Source: an uncultured Bacteroidota bacterium | GTDB lineage: Bacteria > Bacteroidota > Bacteroidia > Flavobacteriales > Flavobacteriaceae | NCBI GenBank assembly: GCA_947085395.1 | Contig: CAMTWE010000185.1 | Span: 1 to 33,491, forward strand | Length of the DNA stretch: 33,491 nt | Direction: 5' to 3' | Part shown: in pieces, positions 25,876 to 33,491 of the stretch | How the letters are laid out: each line of letters opens with the position of its first letter | How positions within the stretch are numbered: the first letter of the stretch is position 1 | The notes under the pieces: generated by a model | The model's input: the letters and a program-made list of their open reading frames with translations, nothing else | Database searches by the model: none | What the model was told of the DNA's origin: nothing | Translations under genes and position numbers: made by a program

Positions 25876-28329
25876 TTAGATTTTAAGCATCAATCTGAGG
25901 TTAAAAATACGACCTGACATATAATTGGGAATTCCGTACGATTGTTTTGAATAAGAATCGCGTACCCAAGTATTGGTAATGGAATTTTGCACATCAAACA
26001 TATTAAAAATTTCAAATCCGAAAGAAAGTTCTTGAATGTTTTGTAACCAAATTCTATCGTAAGCGTGTAATTCATCTTTTAAAACATATAAAATTCCGAG
26101 GTCTGCACGTTTATAATCATTCAATCTATTTTGAAATAAATAAGAATCGGCATACGAAGGAGAACCGCCCGGAACGCCAGTATTGTATATCAAATTCAAA
26201 TACATTTTTAAATTCGGAATGTTAGGAACATAATCTTGAAAAAGTATGCCAAATTTTAAACGCTGATCGGTTGGTCTGGGTATAAATCCGCGATTATCAG
26301 TATTTTCTTCCGTTTTTAAATAACCAAAACTCACCCAACTTTCAGTGCCCGGAACAAACTCACCATTTAAGCGCAAATCTACTCCATAAACAAAGCCATT
26401 TGCATTGTTATTGGCAACATATCGTATTCTAACATTGTCTAAAGTGTAGGTATTTACCCGAGATAAATCTTTGTAATAAATTTCAGAAATCAATTTAAAA
26501 GGACGTTCAAACCACTGAAAAACATATTCATTTCCAAGGACTAAATGAATGGATTGTTGTGCTTTTACGGTTTCATTTACTTGTCCGTCAAATGCTTTCA
26601 ACTCTTTATACGATGGAGGTTGATGGTAAAATCCGCCCGAAATTCTAAACAATAAATTTTCATTAGAATTTGGTTTCAGTGCCAATTGAAATCTCGGACT
26701 AAAAACAATAGCACTATTGTTGTTAAATTGATTTCCATCAACTTTCCAAAAATGAAATCGGTTTCCTACATTAATCCACCATTGATAATTTTTCCATTCA
26801 AAAGATTGGCTCCATTGCACAAAACCATTCAACCTTTTTATATCAATTTCATTAAAAGTATTGATATAATTAAACGGAATAATAGGTCCTTCAAAAGCAG
26901 TATAAGGTTCATTGTTTGGTGATTGTTGTAATGGTCTAACTGCAAATCCTAAAGAATCAATTACTTCCCATTCTTTGGTTTTATCCCTAATATTTTCTGT
27001 TTGGTATTTAAGTCCCCATTCTAAAGTTGCCTTATTTTTTTGATGCGTTCCTCTAAAATATAGATGCTGAATTAAAGCATCAAAATCATTTCTAGCATGA
27101 TTTAACTGCGAACCAATGGCATCTGAAAATTCAACTTTTCCAAAATTGCTAGCGCTTAAATCGGTATTAACTTCCCCAATATTATATTGCGCCAAAATAT
27201 CAAAATATTCAGATTCTTGGGTGTTATAACTAGAGGTTGTTAGTTGGATACTGTTGTTTTCATTGAGCTGATAAATGGTATTGATTGCTCCGAAATAAGT
27301 TTGATATCGGTTGTTTTCGCGACCTTCATAATCTACTATTAATTCTAACGGATTGGCTAATGTTCCAAATTTTGTTCTTCTGCTAATGGGTTGAAAATCA
27401 TATTTGTTGATGGCAATATTTCCTAAAAATTGCAATGAAAATTTGGGTGAAATGTCGTAAGTAATAAATGATTGAACATCGGTAAATTGCGGATTAAAAT
27501 TACTTTCAATATCATTTTTATGGCTCAATAAACTATTATCTCTATATCGAATTCCGGTTAAAACTGCCAACTTTTTTTGGAGGAAAACATTTTCAAAAGT
27601 TGCGTTAACGCCTAAAAAACTCACATCAATTGCAGCAGAAAAATCGGTTGGTTTTTTATAAGTAATATTCAAAACAGAAGATAATTTATCCTCGTATTTT
27701 GCTTGAAAACCGCCTGCAGAAAATTGTATATTCTGTATCATATCAACATTTATAAAGCTCAAACCTTCTTGCTGACCGGCTCTTACCAAAAATGGCCGAT
27801 ACACTTCAATGCCATTTACATACACTAAATTTTCATCAAAATTACCGCCACGAACCTGGTATTGTGTACTCAATTCATTGCTAGAATTAACGCCAGACAA
27901 AGTTTTTAAAATATTTTCAATTCCGGCATTGGCACCCGGAATTCGTTTTACTTTTTCAATAGTAACAGGAGTCATTCCTTGCGAGGCACGTTTATTATTT
28001 TGGATATTAATCTCTTTTATGGCTTCCGTTTTTAATTGTAAAGTGGGTGAAAACCTAAAAGTTCGACCTTTAGGAATGGTTATTTTTTTAGAAAATGGAT
28101 GGTAACTAATATGAGAAAATTGTATAATTACTGCTTCATCAGCTTTTATTTTGAGTGAATAGAAGCCGTTTTTATCAGAAACAGTTCCGGTAGTTTGGTA
28201 TGAAACAGAAACTTCTTCAACTGCTTCTCCATTAGCATTTTTTATAATCCCTTCCACAACAGCTGTTTGTGAAAAAATTACTAAAGGAAATAACCATAAA
28301 AATACAATTAATTTTTTTTTTGTTTTCAA
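25876..28329 (-). CDS. TonB-dependent receptor with N-terminal CarboxypepD_reg-like domain
   Basis: 817 aa. Signal peptide, carboxypeptidase-regulatory-like beta-sandwich, plug domain (RIPGANAGIENILKTL...VRGGNFDENLVYVNGIEVY) and a long beta-barrel. The start codon is TTG (plus-strand CAA at 28327-29), with no in-frame ATG before or within the signal peptide. Confidence 0.85.
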   Translation of the reverse strand: MKTKKKLIVFLWLFPLVIFSQTAVVEGIIKNANGEAVEEVSVSYQTTGTVSDKNGFYSLKIKADEAVIIQFSHISYHPFSKKITIPKGRTFRFSPTLQLKTEAIKEINIQNNKRASQGMTPVTIEKVKRIPGANAGIENILKTLSGVNSSNELSTQYQVRGGNFDENLVYVNGIEVYRPFLVRAGQQEGLSFINVDMIQNIQFSAGGFQAKYEDKLSSVLNITYKKPTDFSAAIDVSFLGVNATFENVFLQKKLAVLTGIRYRDNSLLSHKNDIESNFNPQFTDVQSFITYDISPKFSLQFLGNIAINKYDFQPISRRTKFGTLANPLELIVDYEGRENNRYQTYFGAINTIYQLNENNSIQLTTSSYNTQESEYFDILAQYNIGEVNTDLSASNFGKVEFSDAIGSQLNHARNDFDALIQHLYFRGTHQKNKATLEWGLKYQTENIRDKTKEWEVIDSLGFAVRPLQQSPNNEPYTAFEGPIIPFNYINTFNEIDIKRLNGFVQWSQSFEWKNYQWWINVGNRFHFWKVDGNQFNNNSAIVFSPRFQLALKPNSNENLLFRISGGFYHQPPSYKELKAFDGQVNETVKAQQSIHLVLGNEYVFQWFERPFKLISEIYYKDLSRVNTYTLDNVRIRYVANNNANGFVYGVDLRLNGEFVPGTESWVSFGYLKTEENTDNRGFIPRPTDQRLKFGILFQDYVPNIPNLKMYLNLIYNTGVPGGSPSYADSYLFQNRLNDYKRADLGILYVLKDELHAYDRIWLQNIQELSFGFEIFNMFDVQNSITNTWVRDSYSKQSYGIPNYMSGRIFNLRLMLKI

Positions 28330-28340
28330 ATGAAGCTTTT

Positions 28341-30038
28341 TTAATCTACTCTATAAAACGTAGTTTCTAATAAATTCGTATTTCCAACTTTATCGGTAAC
28401 ATTTATTTTTAACTGATGTTGATGTCCTTTTAAGGGTTTATCGCTAAAATCATAAATCAACATTTTTCGTTTCAGGTCATATTCCATCAAAATCCATTCA
28501 CCATTAATTTCTGCCCTATAAGAATCGATGCCCGATAAATTATCTTCAATTTTAATTTCCATCTTTTTCAATTTTGAAATCCATTGTTTGGCTTCAAAAT
28601 TATGTAATTTGATAGTAGGAGCGATATCATCTTTCATCAAAACAAAAGTACCTAAATTTTTGGTTGAGGTAAAAAAAGTGTTTTCTTTTTTGATGGTTGA
28701 TAGGTATTCTATTTTATTTTTTAAATCGATATAAGCGATAAAAAGTTGTTTTTTTTCTAACAAATTATATTTTGATACGTCAAAACTTAAAGTATAATTT
28801 TTATCTAACGGAATGATGGGTTTATGAACTTTAACAGTATCATTATTAACAGAAAATTGTAAATATAAATCTTCGTAAAAGGTGTTTTTAGGAAAAGAAA
28901 CGGTCACATTTTCTAGTGTAAATTTCTGAAAATCATTTGCTTTGATTAAATAAGGCGTTTCAATTTTTGGTTTTCTTTGCACAATTGTTTGATTTTTACC
29001 TTCAATCGGAATAATCACTTTAGAAGTATTTCCGGTAAAATCTTTTACAATAATTTCAATTTTATATTGAAAACCATCTTGAATCGCAATTTTTCCTGGT
29101 AAAGTTTGATTGATTACAGAAAGCGGATTGTTTAAATCGATAAATGCTTTTTGAATTCTTTTTTGAGTGGTCATATAACGTTCAAAATCAATCAATAAAT
29201 TCAAATATTTTGTTTCATCATAAGAAAAAGAATTAAATATTTGTTGATGCGATAATTGACCGTTTACATACAATTCTAAACTATAAATTCCATTTTCATT
29301 TTTGGCGCCATTTAATAAATCAATGACATTAATTCCCATGCCAATATTGCCAGAAACGGTAATTTTTTCTGTGATATATTTACCTTGTTTATTTTTTTTT
29401 AAACACAATTGATAAGGAAAATTTGCCTGACTTATTTGCGTTTCATCACTTAAAGGGTAAACCACCACTTCTTTAATGATAGGTGCAATGGTGTCTTTTA
29501 TTAACAAACCAAATAAAAGTGGATTGATAGGTTTTTCTGTTTTGGTATCTCTAATTTCATAATGTAAATGTGGAAAAACATAACCGCCTGTACTGCCAGA
29601 AAATCCGATAATTTGCCCTTTTTTGATGATAAATTCGGTTGGTTTTGGATACATTTGAACTTCAAATTCCTGTTTTTTATATTGTTCAGTTTTAATAAAC
29701 TTTTCTAATTCTGGACTAAATTTTTGAAGATGTGCATAAACGGTTGTAAATCCATTTGGATGGTTAATATAGATTACTTTTCCAAAGCCAAAAATAGCAA
29801 CTCTAATTCTAGAAATATAGCCATCGGCAGTTGCCATTACAGGAAAACCTTCAATTTGTTGTGTTCTAAAATCGATGCCAGAATGTAGATGATTGTCTCT
29901 TAATTCACCAAAAGTACCCGTTACAAACAAAGGAATATCCATCGGAACACCAAAATAATTTGTAGGATAATTTGATTGAGAATATAAATGGATATTAATA
30001 CCCAATAAAATTAATAAGCAATATTTTTTCAATGGCAA
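28341..30038 (-). CDS. M23 family metallopeptidase with a long uncharacterised C-terminal region
   Basis: 565 aa. Signal peptide, then M23 motifs HSGIDF (HxxxD) and HLHYEI (HxH). About 390 aa of beta-rich C-terminal sequence has no motif I recognise. The start codon is TTG (plus-strand CAA at 30036-38). Confidence 0.85.
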   Translation of the reverse strand: MPLKKYCLLILLGINIHLYSQSNYPTNYFGVPMDIPLFVTGTFGELRDNHLHSGIDFRTQQIEGFPVMATADGYISRIRVAIFGFGKVIYINHPNGFTTVYAHLQKFSPELEKFIKTEQYKKQEFEVQMYPKPTEFIIKKGQIIGFSGSTGGYVFPHLHYEIRDTKTEKPINPLLFGLLIKDTIAPIIKEVVVYPLSDETQISQANFPYQLCLKKNKQGKYITEKITVSGNIGMGINVIDLLNGAKNENGIYSLELYVNGQLSHQQIFNSFSYDETKYLNLLIDFERYMTTQKRIQKAFIDLNNPLSVINQTLPGKIAIQDGFQYKIEIIVKDFTGNTSKVIIPIEGKNQTIVQRKPKIETPYLIKANDFQKFTLENVTVSFPKNTFYEDLYLQFSVNNDTVKVHKPIIPLDKNYTLSFDVSKYNLLEKKQLFIAYIDLKNKIEYLSTIKKENTFFTSTKNLGTFVLMKDDIAPTIKLHNFEAKQWISKLKKMEIKIEDNLSGIDSYRAEINGEWILMEYDLKRKMLIYDFSDKPLKGHQHQLKINVTDKVGNTNLLETTFYRVD

Positions 30039-30131
30039 TGATTTTTAGCTAAAATATAAAATTTAATTGTTTTACAATCATCTCATTAGTGATAAGTATC
30101 AGAAGTTTTTGTTAAAATATATCTAGAACCC

Positions 30132-30162
30132 TTGTTAAATTAAAAAAGGAATACTAAATTTG
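30132..30162 (+). promoter_or_regulatory. Candidate Bacteroidota promoter for the coiled-coil ORF / zapA operon
   Basis: TTG (30132-34), 20-nt spacer, TAAATTTG (30155-62), 24 nt upstream of ATG 30187. Confidence 0.45.
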
Positions 30163-30186
30163 TAAAAATAGTTTTGGATTAGGTTC

Positions 30187-30477
30187 ATGAATGTAATTTT
30201 AAAAGAAGCTGATTTATTGGAGATTAAACTCAAAGTTTTGATAGAAAAGTATGAGTTTTTGTTAGAAGAAAATGAGATATTAAATCAATCTGTCAATAAA
30301 TTACAATCAGAGCTGAAATCAAAAAATCAAATAATAGCACAGGTGAATAAAGAGATGAGTTATTTGAAAATTGCCAAAACTATGGAAGGCAGTAGTGAAG
30401 ATACCAAAAGTGTGAAACTGAAAATTAATACATTAATTAGAGAAATTGATCAATGTATTGTTCAATTAAGTGAGTAA
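30187..30477 (+). CDS. Small coiled-coil protein (possible ZapB-like partner of ZapA)
   Basis: 96 aa with heptad-rich sequence (LEIKLKVLIEKYEFLLEENEILNQSVNKLQSELKSKNQ). Stop codon is 10 nt before the zapA ATG. Confidence 0.65.
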   Translation: MNVILKEADLLEIKLKVLIEKYEFLLEENEILNQSVNKLQSELKSKNQIIAQVNKEMSYLKIAKTMEGSSEDTKSVKLKINTLIREIDQCIVQLSE

Positions 30478-30487
30478 GTTCTTTAAA

Positions 30488-30781
30488 ATGGCTGATAGTT
30501 TTAAAATAAAAGTAACCATAGCAGATCGCGTTTATCCGCTCACCATTTCCAATCCAGATGAAGAAGAAGGATTGCGAAAAGCAGCGAAAAAAATAAATGA
30601 TTTAATGGCGAAATTTGAACAAAATTATGCAGTAAGTGATAAACAAGATGTTTTAGCGATGTGCGCATTACAATTTGCATCACTCATTGAAATTAAAGCC
30701 ATTACAACAGAACAAGAAATAGAAGAAACGAAGAAGAAAATTGAAGCACTTCAGTTAATGTTAGATAAGTATATTGAATAA
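30488..30781 (+). CDS. zapA: Cell division protein ZapA
   Basis: About 97 aa from ATG 30488 (MADSFKIKVTIADRVYPLTISNPDEEEGLRKAAKKIN...), a typical ZapA N-terminal beta/alpha pattern plus C-terminal coiled coil. The track start at 30470 is GTG. Confidence 0.75.
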   Translation: MADSFKIKVTIADRVYPLTISNPDEEEGLRKAAKKINDLMAKFEQNYAVSDKQDVLAMCALQFASLIEIKAITTEQEIEETKKKIEALQLMLDKYIE

Positions 30782-30805
30782 GTTCTTTAAAATAAATACG
30801 TACTG

Positions 30806-30961
30806 CCCACATTAGTTACTTGTTAGTTAAACTCAACACTATTACATTAAAGAGGATAAGTCAAATTTGTAAAAGCACGCCCTAACGGGATCCTTGATCA
30901 GTTTGTTAGTCCTAAACCTGTTATATGGAGTTTATAATTCCATACTAATGTGGGTTTTTTT
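30806..30961 (+). ncRNA. Structured RNA element, candidate 6S-like / uncharacterised sRNA (could instead be an unusually elaborate zapA terminator)
   Basis: 11-bp perfect closing helix CCCACATTAGT (30806-16) / ACTAATGTGGG (30944-54). Second 7-bp helix TAAACTC (30828-34) / GAGTTTA (30928-34), beyond an asymmetric internal loop. About 93 nt of interior sequence, then T7 (30955-61). Confidence 0.45.
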
Positions 30962-30976
30962 ATTAAATCAAATCAT

Positions 30977-32542
30977 ATGGAAAATATTTTATTAATTGTT
31001 GTAGGAGCTGTGATTGGGATTGCTGTTGGTGGTGTTTTTGCCCATTTCTTTGAAAAAAGCAAAGCCAATAAAATCAAGAAAAATACCCGAAAAGAAGCTT
31101 TAAATATCTTAAGAGAAGCCAATCAAGAAGCGGAAGCTATAAAGCGCGATAAGATTTTACAAGCCAAAGAAAAGTTTATCGAACTTAAATCTGAGCATGA
31201 AAAAGTTATCATTGCAAGAGAGAAAAAAACAGCCGAGGCCGAAAAAAGAATTAGAGATAAAGAGTCTCAAACATCGCAGTTGTTAGATCAGCAGAAAAAA
31301 GTAACAACAGAATTAGAATCAAAAATTACAGAACTAGATTCTAAATCTGAATTTTATGAGCGCAAAAATGCAGAACTAGACAAATTACACCGCAAGCAAG
31401 TGGAACAGCTTGAGTTAATTTCTGGTTATTCTGCAGAAGATGCCAAAAAAGAACTGACCGAATCTTTGAAAGAAGAGGCGCGCGCTAATGCCATGAGCTA
31501 CATTCAAGACACCATGGAAGAAGCCAAATTAACCGCACAACAAGATGCTAAAAAGATTGTAATTAATACCATACAGCGTATTGGTGTTGAGCAAACAGTT
31601 GAAAATTGCGTTTCGGTTTTTAACTTAGAATCGGATGATGTTAAGGGTAGAATTATTGGTAGAGAAGGAAGAAATATCAGGGCTTTAGAAGCTGCCACAG
31701 GCGTAGAAATAATTGTTGATGATACGCCAGAAGCTATCATTTTATCATGTTTTGACCCGGTTAGAAGAGAAGTTGCCCGTTTATCTTTACACAGTTTGGT
31801 AACAGACGGACGAATTCACCCAGCGCGAATTGAAGAAGTGGTGAAAAAAGTAGAAAAACAAATTCAACAAGAAATTATTGATGTTGGTAAACGTACGGTT
31901 ATCGATTTAGGAATTCACGGAATTCATCCAGAATTGATAAAAATCATCGGACGAATGAAATACCGTTCTTCTTACGGACAAAATTTATTGCAACACTCAC
32001 GCGAAGTGGCTAATTTATGCGGTGTAATGGCTGCTGAATTAGGTTTAGACGCTAAATCTGCGAAACGCGCAGGATTGTTACACGATATTGGTAAAGTTCC
32101 TGAAATGGAAAGCGATTTACCACACGCCTTATTAGGGATGGAATGGGCAGAAAAATATGGCGAAAAACCACATATTTGCAATGCCATTGGAGCGCATCAC
32201 GATGAAGTTGAAATGAAAACTTTAATAGCGCCTATCGTACAGGTTTGTGATGCTATTTCTGGAGCGCGTCCGGGTGCAAGAAGACAGGTGTTGGATTCTT
32301 ATATCCAACGTTTAAAAGATTTAGAAGAAGTTGCACACAGTTTCCCAGGCGTACAAAGTGCCTATGCCATACAAGCGGGAAGAGAGTTACGCGTACTGGT
32401 TGAAAGTGATAAAATAAACGATGCTAAAGCAGCGGAATTATCGTTTAACATCACCCAAAAAATTCAGAATGATATGACTTATCCTGGTCAGGTAAGGGTT
32501 ACAGTGATTCGAGAAACAAGAGCAGTGAATATTGCTAAATAG
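30977..32542 (+). CDS. rny: Ribonuclease Y
   Basis: 521 aa from ATG 30977. N-terminal TM helix ([22 protein letters not shown]), long coiled coil, KH domain ([15 protein letters not shown]) and HD domain (LLHDIGK). The track start at 30950 is GTG and lies inside the RNA helix. Confidence 0.9.
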   Translation: MENILLIVVGAVIGIAVGGVFAHFFEKSKANKIKKNTRKEALNILREANQEAEAIKRDKILQAKEKFIELKSEHEKVIIAREKKTAEAEKRIRDKESQTSQLLDQQKKVTTELESKITELDSKSEFYERKNAELDKLHRKQVEQLELISGYSAEDAKKELTESLKEEARANAMSYIQDTMEEAKLTAQQDAKKIVINTIQRIGVEQTVENCVSVFNLESDDVKGRIIGREGRNIRALEAATGVEIIVDDTPEAIILSCFDPVRREVARLSLHSLVTDGRIHPARIEEVVKKVEKQIQQEIIDVGKRTVIDLGIHGIHPELIKIIGRMKYRSSYGQNLLQHSREVANLCGVMAAELGLDAKSAKRAGLLHDIGKVPEMESDLPHALLGMEWAEKYGEKPHICNAIGAHHDEVEMKTLIAPIVQVCDAISGARPGARRQVLDSYIQRLKDLEEVAHSFPGVQSAYAIQAGRELRVLVESDKINDAKAAELSFNITQKIQNDMTYPGQVRVTVIRETRAVNIAK

Positions 32543-32593
32543 TACCGAAAGCATAGCTGTAATAATTTAATAAATAGAACTAAACATCTATTG

Positions 32594-32621
32594 CTTCGGT
32601 ATAAAAGACCGAAAGTATTTT
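32594..32621 (+). terminator. Probable intrinsic terminator of rny
   Basis: CTTCGGT (32594-600) / ACCGAAAG (32608-15) stem with a 1-nt bulge, followed by TATTTT. Confidence 0.4.
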
Positions 32622-32666
32622 CCTCACCCCACCCCTCTCCAAAGGAGAGGGGGAAGTTTGAGGAAG
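32621..32666. repeat. GC-rich nested-palindrome (REP-like) element, copy 1
   Basis: Outer stem TCCTCA / TGAGGA and inner stem CCCCTCTCC-AAA-GGAGAGGGG. Confidence 0.8.
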
Positions 32667-32671
32667 TAAAA

Positions 32672-32714
32672 TCCTCACCCCAACCCTCTTCAGAGGAGAG
32701 GGAGTTTGAGGAAG
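32672..32714. repeat. GC-rich nested-palindrome (REP-like) element, copy 2
   Basis: Reads TCCTCACCCCAACCCTCTTCAGAGGAGAGGGAGTTTGAGGAAG. The inner stem has one G-U pair. Confidence 0.8.
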
Positions 32715-32761
32715 TATTGAAATAAAAGATTAATAATTTGGTACAAATTGTGAAAGCATAA

Positions 32762-32804
32762 TCCTCACCCCAACCCTCTCCAAAGGAGAGGGAGTTTGAG
32801 AAAG
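32762..32804. repeat. GC-rich nested-palindrome (REP-like) element, copy 3
   Basis: Reads TCCTCACCCCAACCCTCTCCAAAGGAGAGGGAGTTTGAGAAAG. Confidence 0.8.
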
Positions 32805-32810
32805 CATATA

Positions 32811-32851
32811 AGTCTTTTATCTTTTTGTCTATGGTCTTTTGTCTTTTTTTT
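32811..32851. repeat. Word-stutter tract (GTCTTTT words), inverted relative of 25805-25840
   Basis: Reads agtcttttatctttttgtctatggtcttttgtctttttttt. The reverse complement contains AAAGACCATAGAC, against AAAGACCAATAGAT at 25812-25825. Confidence 0.5.
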
Positions 32852-32864
32852 AAAATCTACTTAA

Positions 32865-33407
32865 ATGAAAAATAATTTTAACCCTTGGCATCATGTATCT
32901 CCTGGAGATCAATTGCCGAATATTGTAAATGGTATTATTGAAATTCCTAAAGGAACAAGAGCTAAATATGAATTAGATAAAGAAAGTGGTTTGTTAAAAC
33001 TCGATAGAGTATTATATTCTTCGGTTTATTATCCTGCCAATTACGGATTCATTCCTCAAAGTTTTTGTGATGATAAAGACCCGTTAGACATTCTTATTTT
33101 ATCTCAAATAGACGTGGTGCCTTTATGTATCGTTCCTGCTAAAGTAATTGGTGTGATGCGGATGTTGGATGGTGGTGAGGCAGATGATAAAATTATAGCA
33201 GTGGCTATTGGAGATCCCAGTGTGAGTCATATCAATGATATATCAGAATTGCCACAACATTTTATTTCTGAATTGCGTAACTTTTTTGAAGATTATAAAA
33301 AACTAGAACATAAAACCGTAGTTGTTGAGGATTTTCTAGATAGAGATACCGCGATAAAAATATTACAAGATAGTTTTAAGTTGTATCAGGAGAAGTTTAG
33401 TTATTAA
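32865..33407 (+). CDS. ppa: Inorganic pyrophosphatase, family I
   Basis: 180 aa with [19 protein letters not shown] and the DDKDPLDIL signature. Confidence 0.9.
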   Translation: MKNNFNPWHHVSPGDQLPNIVNGIIEIPKGTRAKYELDKESGLLKLDRVLYSSVYYPANYGFIPQSFCDDKDPLDILILSQIDVVPLCIVPAKVIGVMRMLDGGEADDKIIAVAIGDPSVSHINDISELPQHFISELRNFFEDYKKLEHKTVVVEDFLDRDTAIKILQDSFKLYQEKFSY

Positions 33408-33491
33408 TTTTCTAAGTACATGACAAAAATTGAAAAAAATTGATTTCCATTGATTTAAAACTGCTTAATAGAAATTTAGACAAATAATCAA

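Noticed and set aside
29392-29400. A9 homopolymer inside the M23 peptidase coding region, as a second possible phase-variation tract.
   Set aside because: It lies mid-gene and encodes a Lys-rich stretch (KKNK). Runs of this length are expected in AT-rich, lysine-rich coding sequence. Only the A10 tract at the receptor's 5' end was kept, as a low-priority note.
30864-30871. CAAATTTG palindrome inside the zapA-rny RNA element, resembling the TAAATTTG -7 box of the upstream promoter. It could be an internal rny promoter.
   Set aside because: The first two bases are CA, not TA, so it does not satisfy TAnnTTTG. No TTG lies at the right spacing either. I kept only the structural interpretation.
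32621-32804. Whether the three repeated GC-rich palindromes form a CRISPR array.
   Set aside because: Only three copies, with irregular spacing (5 nt and 47 nt between them), so no uniform spacers. The repeats are nested palindromes of REP type, and no cas genes or leader lie nearby.
1-33491. Genomic island, prophage or defence-system signature across the window.
   Set aside because: No integrase, transposase, phage structural, restriction-modification, toxin-antitoxin or nuclease/NTPase defence-type genes. By eye the base composition is uniform. The tRNA-His is not flanked by direct repeats or an integrase. The gene content is housekeeping.

Overview
Low-GC segment that reads as core chromosome of a Flavobacteriia (Bacteroidota) member. 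Supporting signs: no Shine-Dalgarno sequences, several matches to the Bacteroidota TTG / TAnnTTTG promoter, an S46 peptidase, pyruvate phosphate dikinase, a bacillithiol deacetylase, and a CarboxypepD_reg-type TonB-dependent receptor. I call about 31 CDS, one tRNA-His, about 11 intrinsic terminators, a few promoter candidates and several families of short intergenic repeats. Named genes include ackA (3' end), pcm, kdsC, ppdK, bshB1, uvrA, nth, bcp, zapA, rny and ppa. Other products include a DAACS symporter, a split MacB-type ABC exporter with adaptor, hbd-like and Gfo/Idh/MocA dehydrogenases, glutathione peroxidase, an ECF-type sigma factor and an M23 peptidase. I see no integrase, transposase, CRISPR array, toxin-antitoxin or recognisable defence genes, so I cannot honestly point to a clear novel multi-gene system. 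Items most worth a second look: (1) a ~150-nt structured RNA element between zapA and rny, a 6S-like or novel sRNA candidate, beside a ZapB-like coiled-coil ORF and a duplicated 15-nt junction. (2) Mutually exclusive hairpins directly after the rny stop codon. (3) GC-rich nested-palindrome (REP-like) elements and other interspersed repeats, one of them inside the ABC exporter operon. (4) A secreted protein made of plant-type 24-residue LRRs. (5) A cysteine-free endonuclease III. (6) A tRNA-His with two adjacent U-U mismatches in the acceptor stem. (7) An M23 peptidase / TonB-dependent receptor pair in which both genes start at TTG. All functional calls come from motif recognition by eye. No database search was run.
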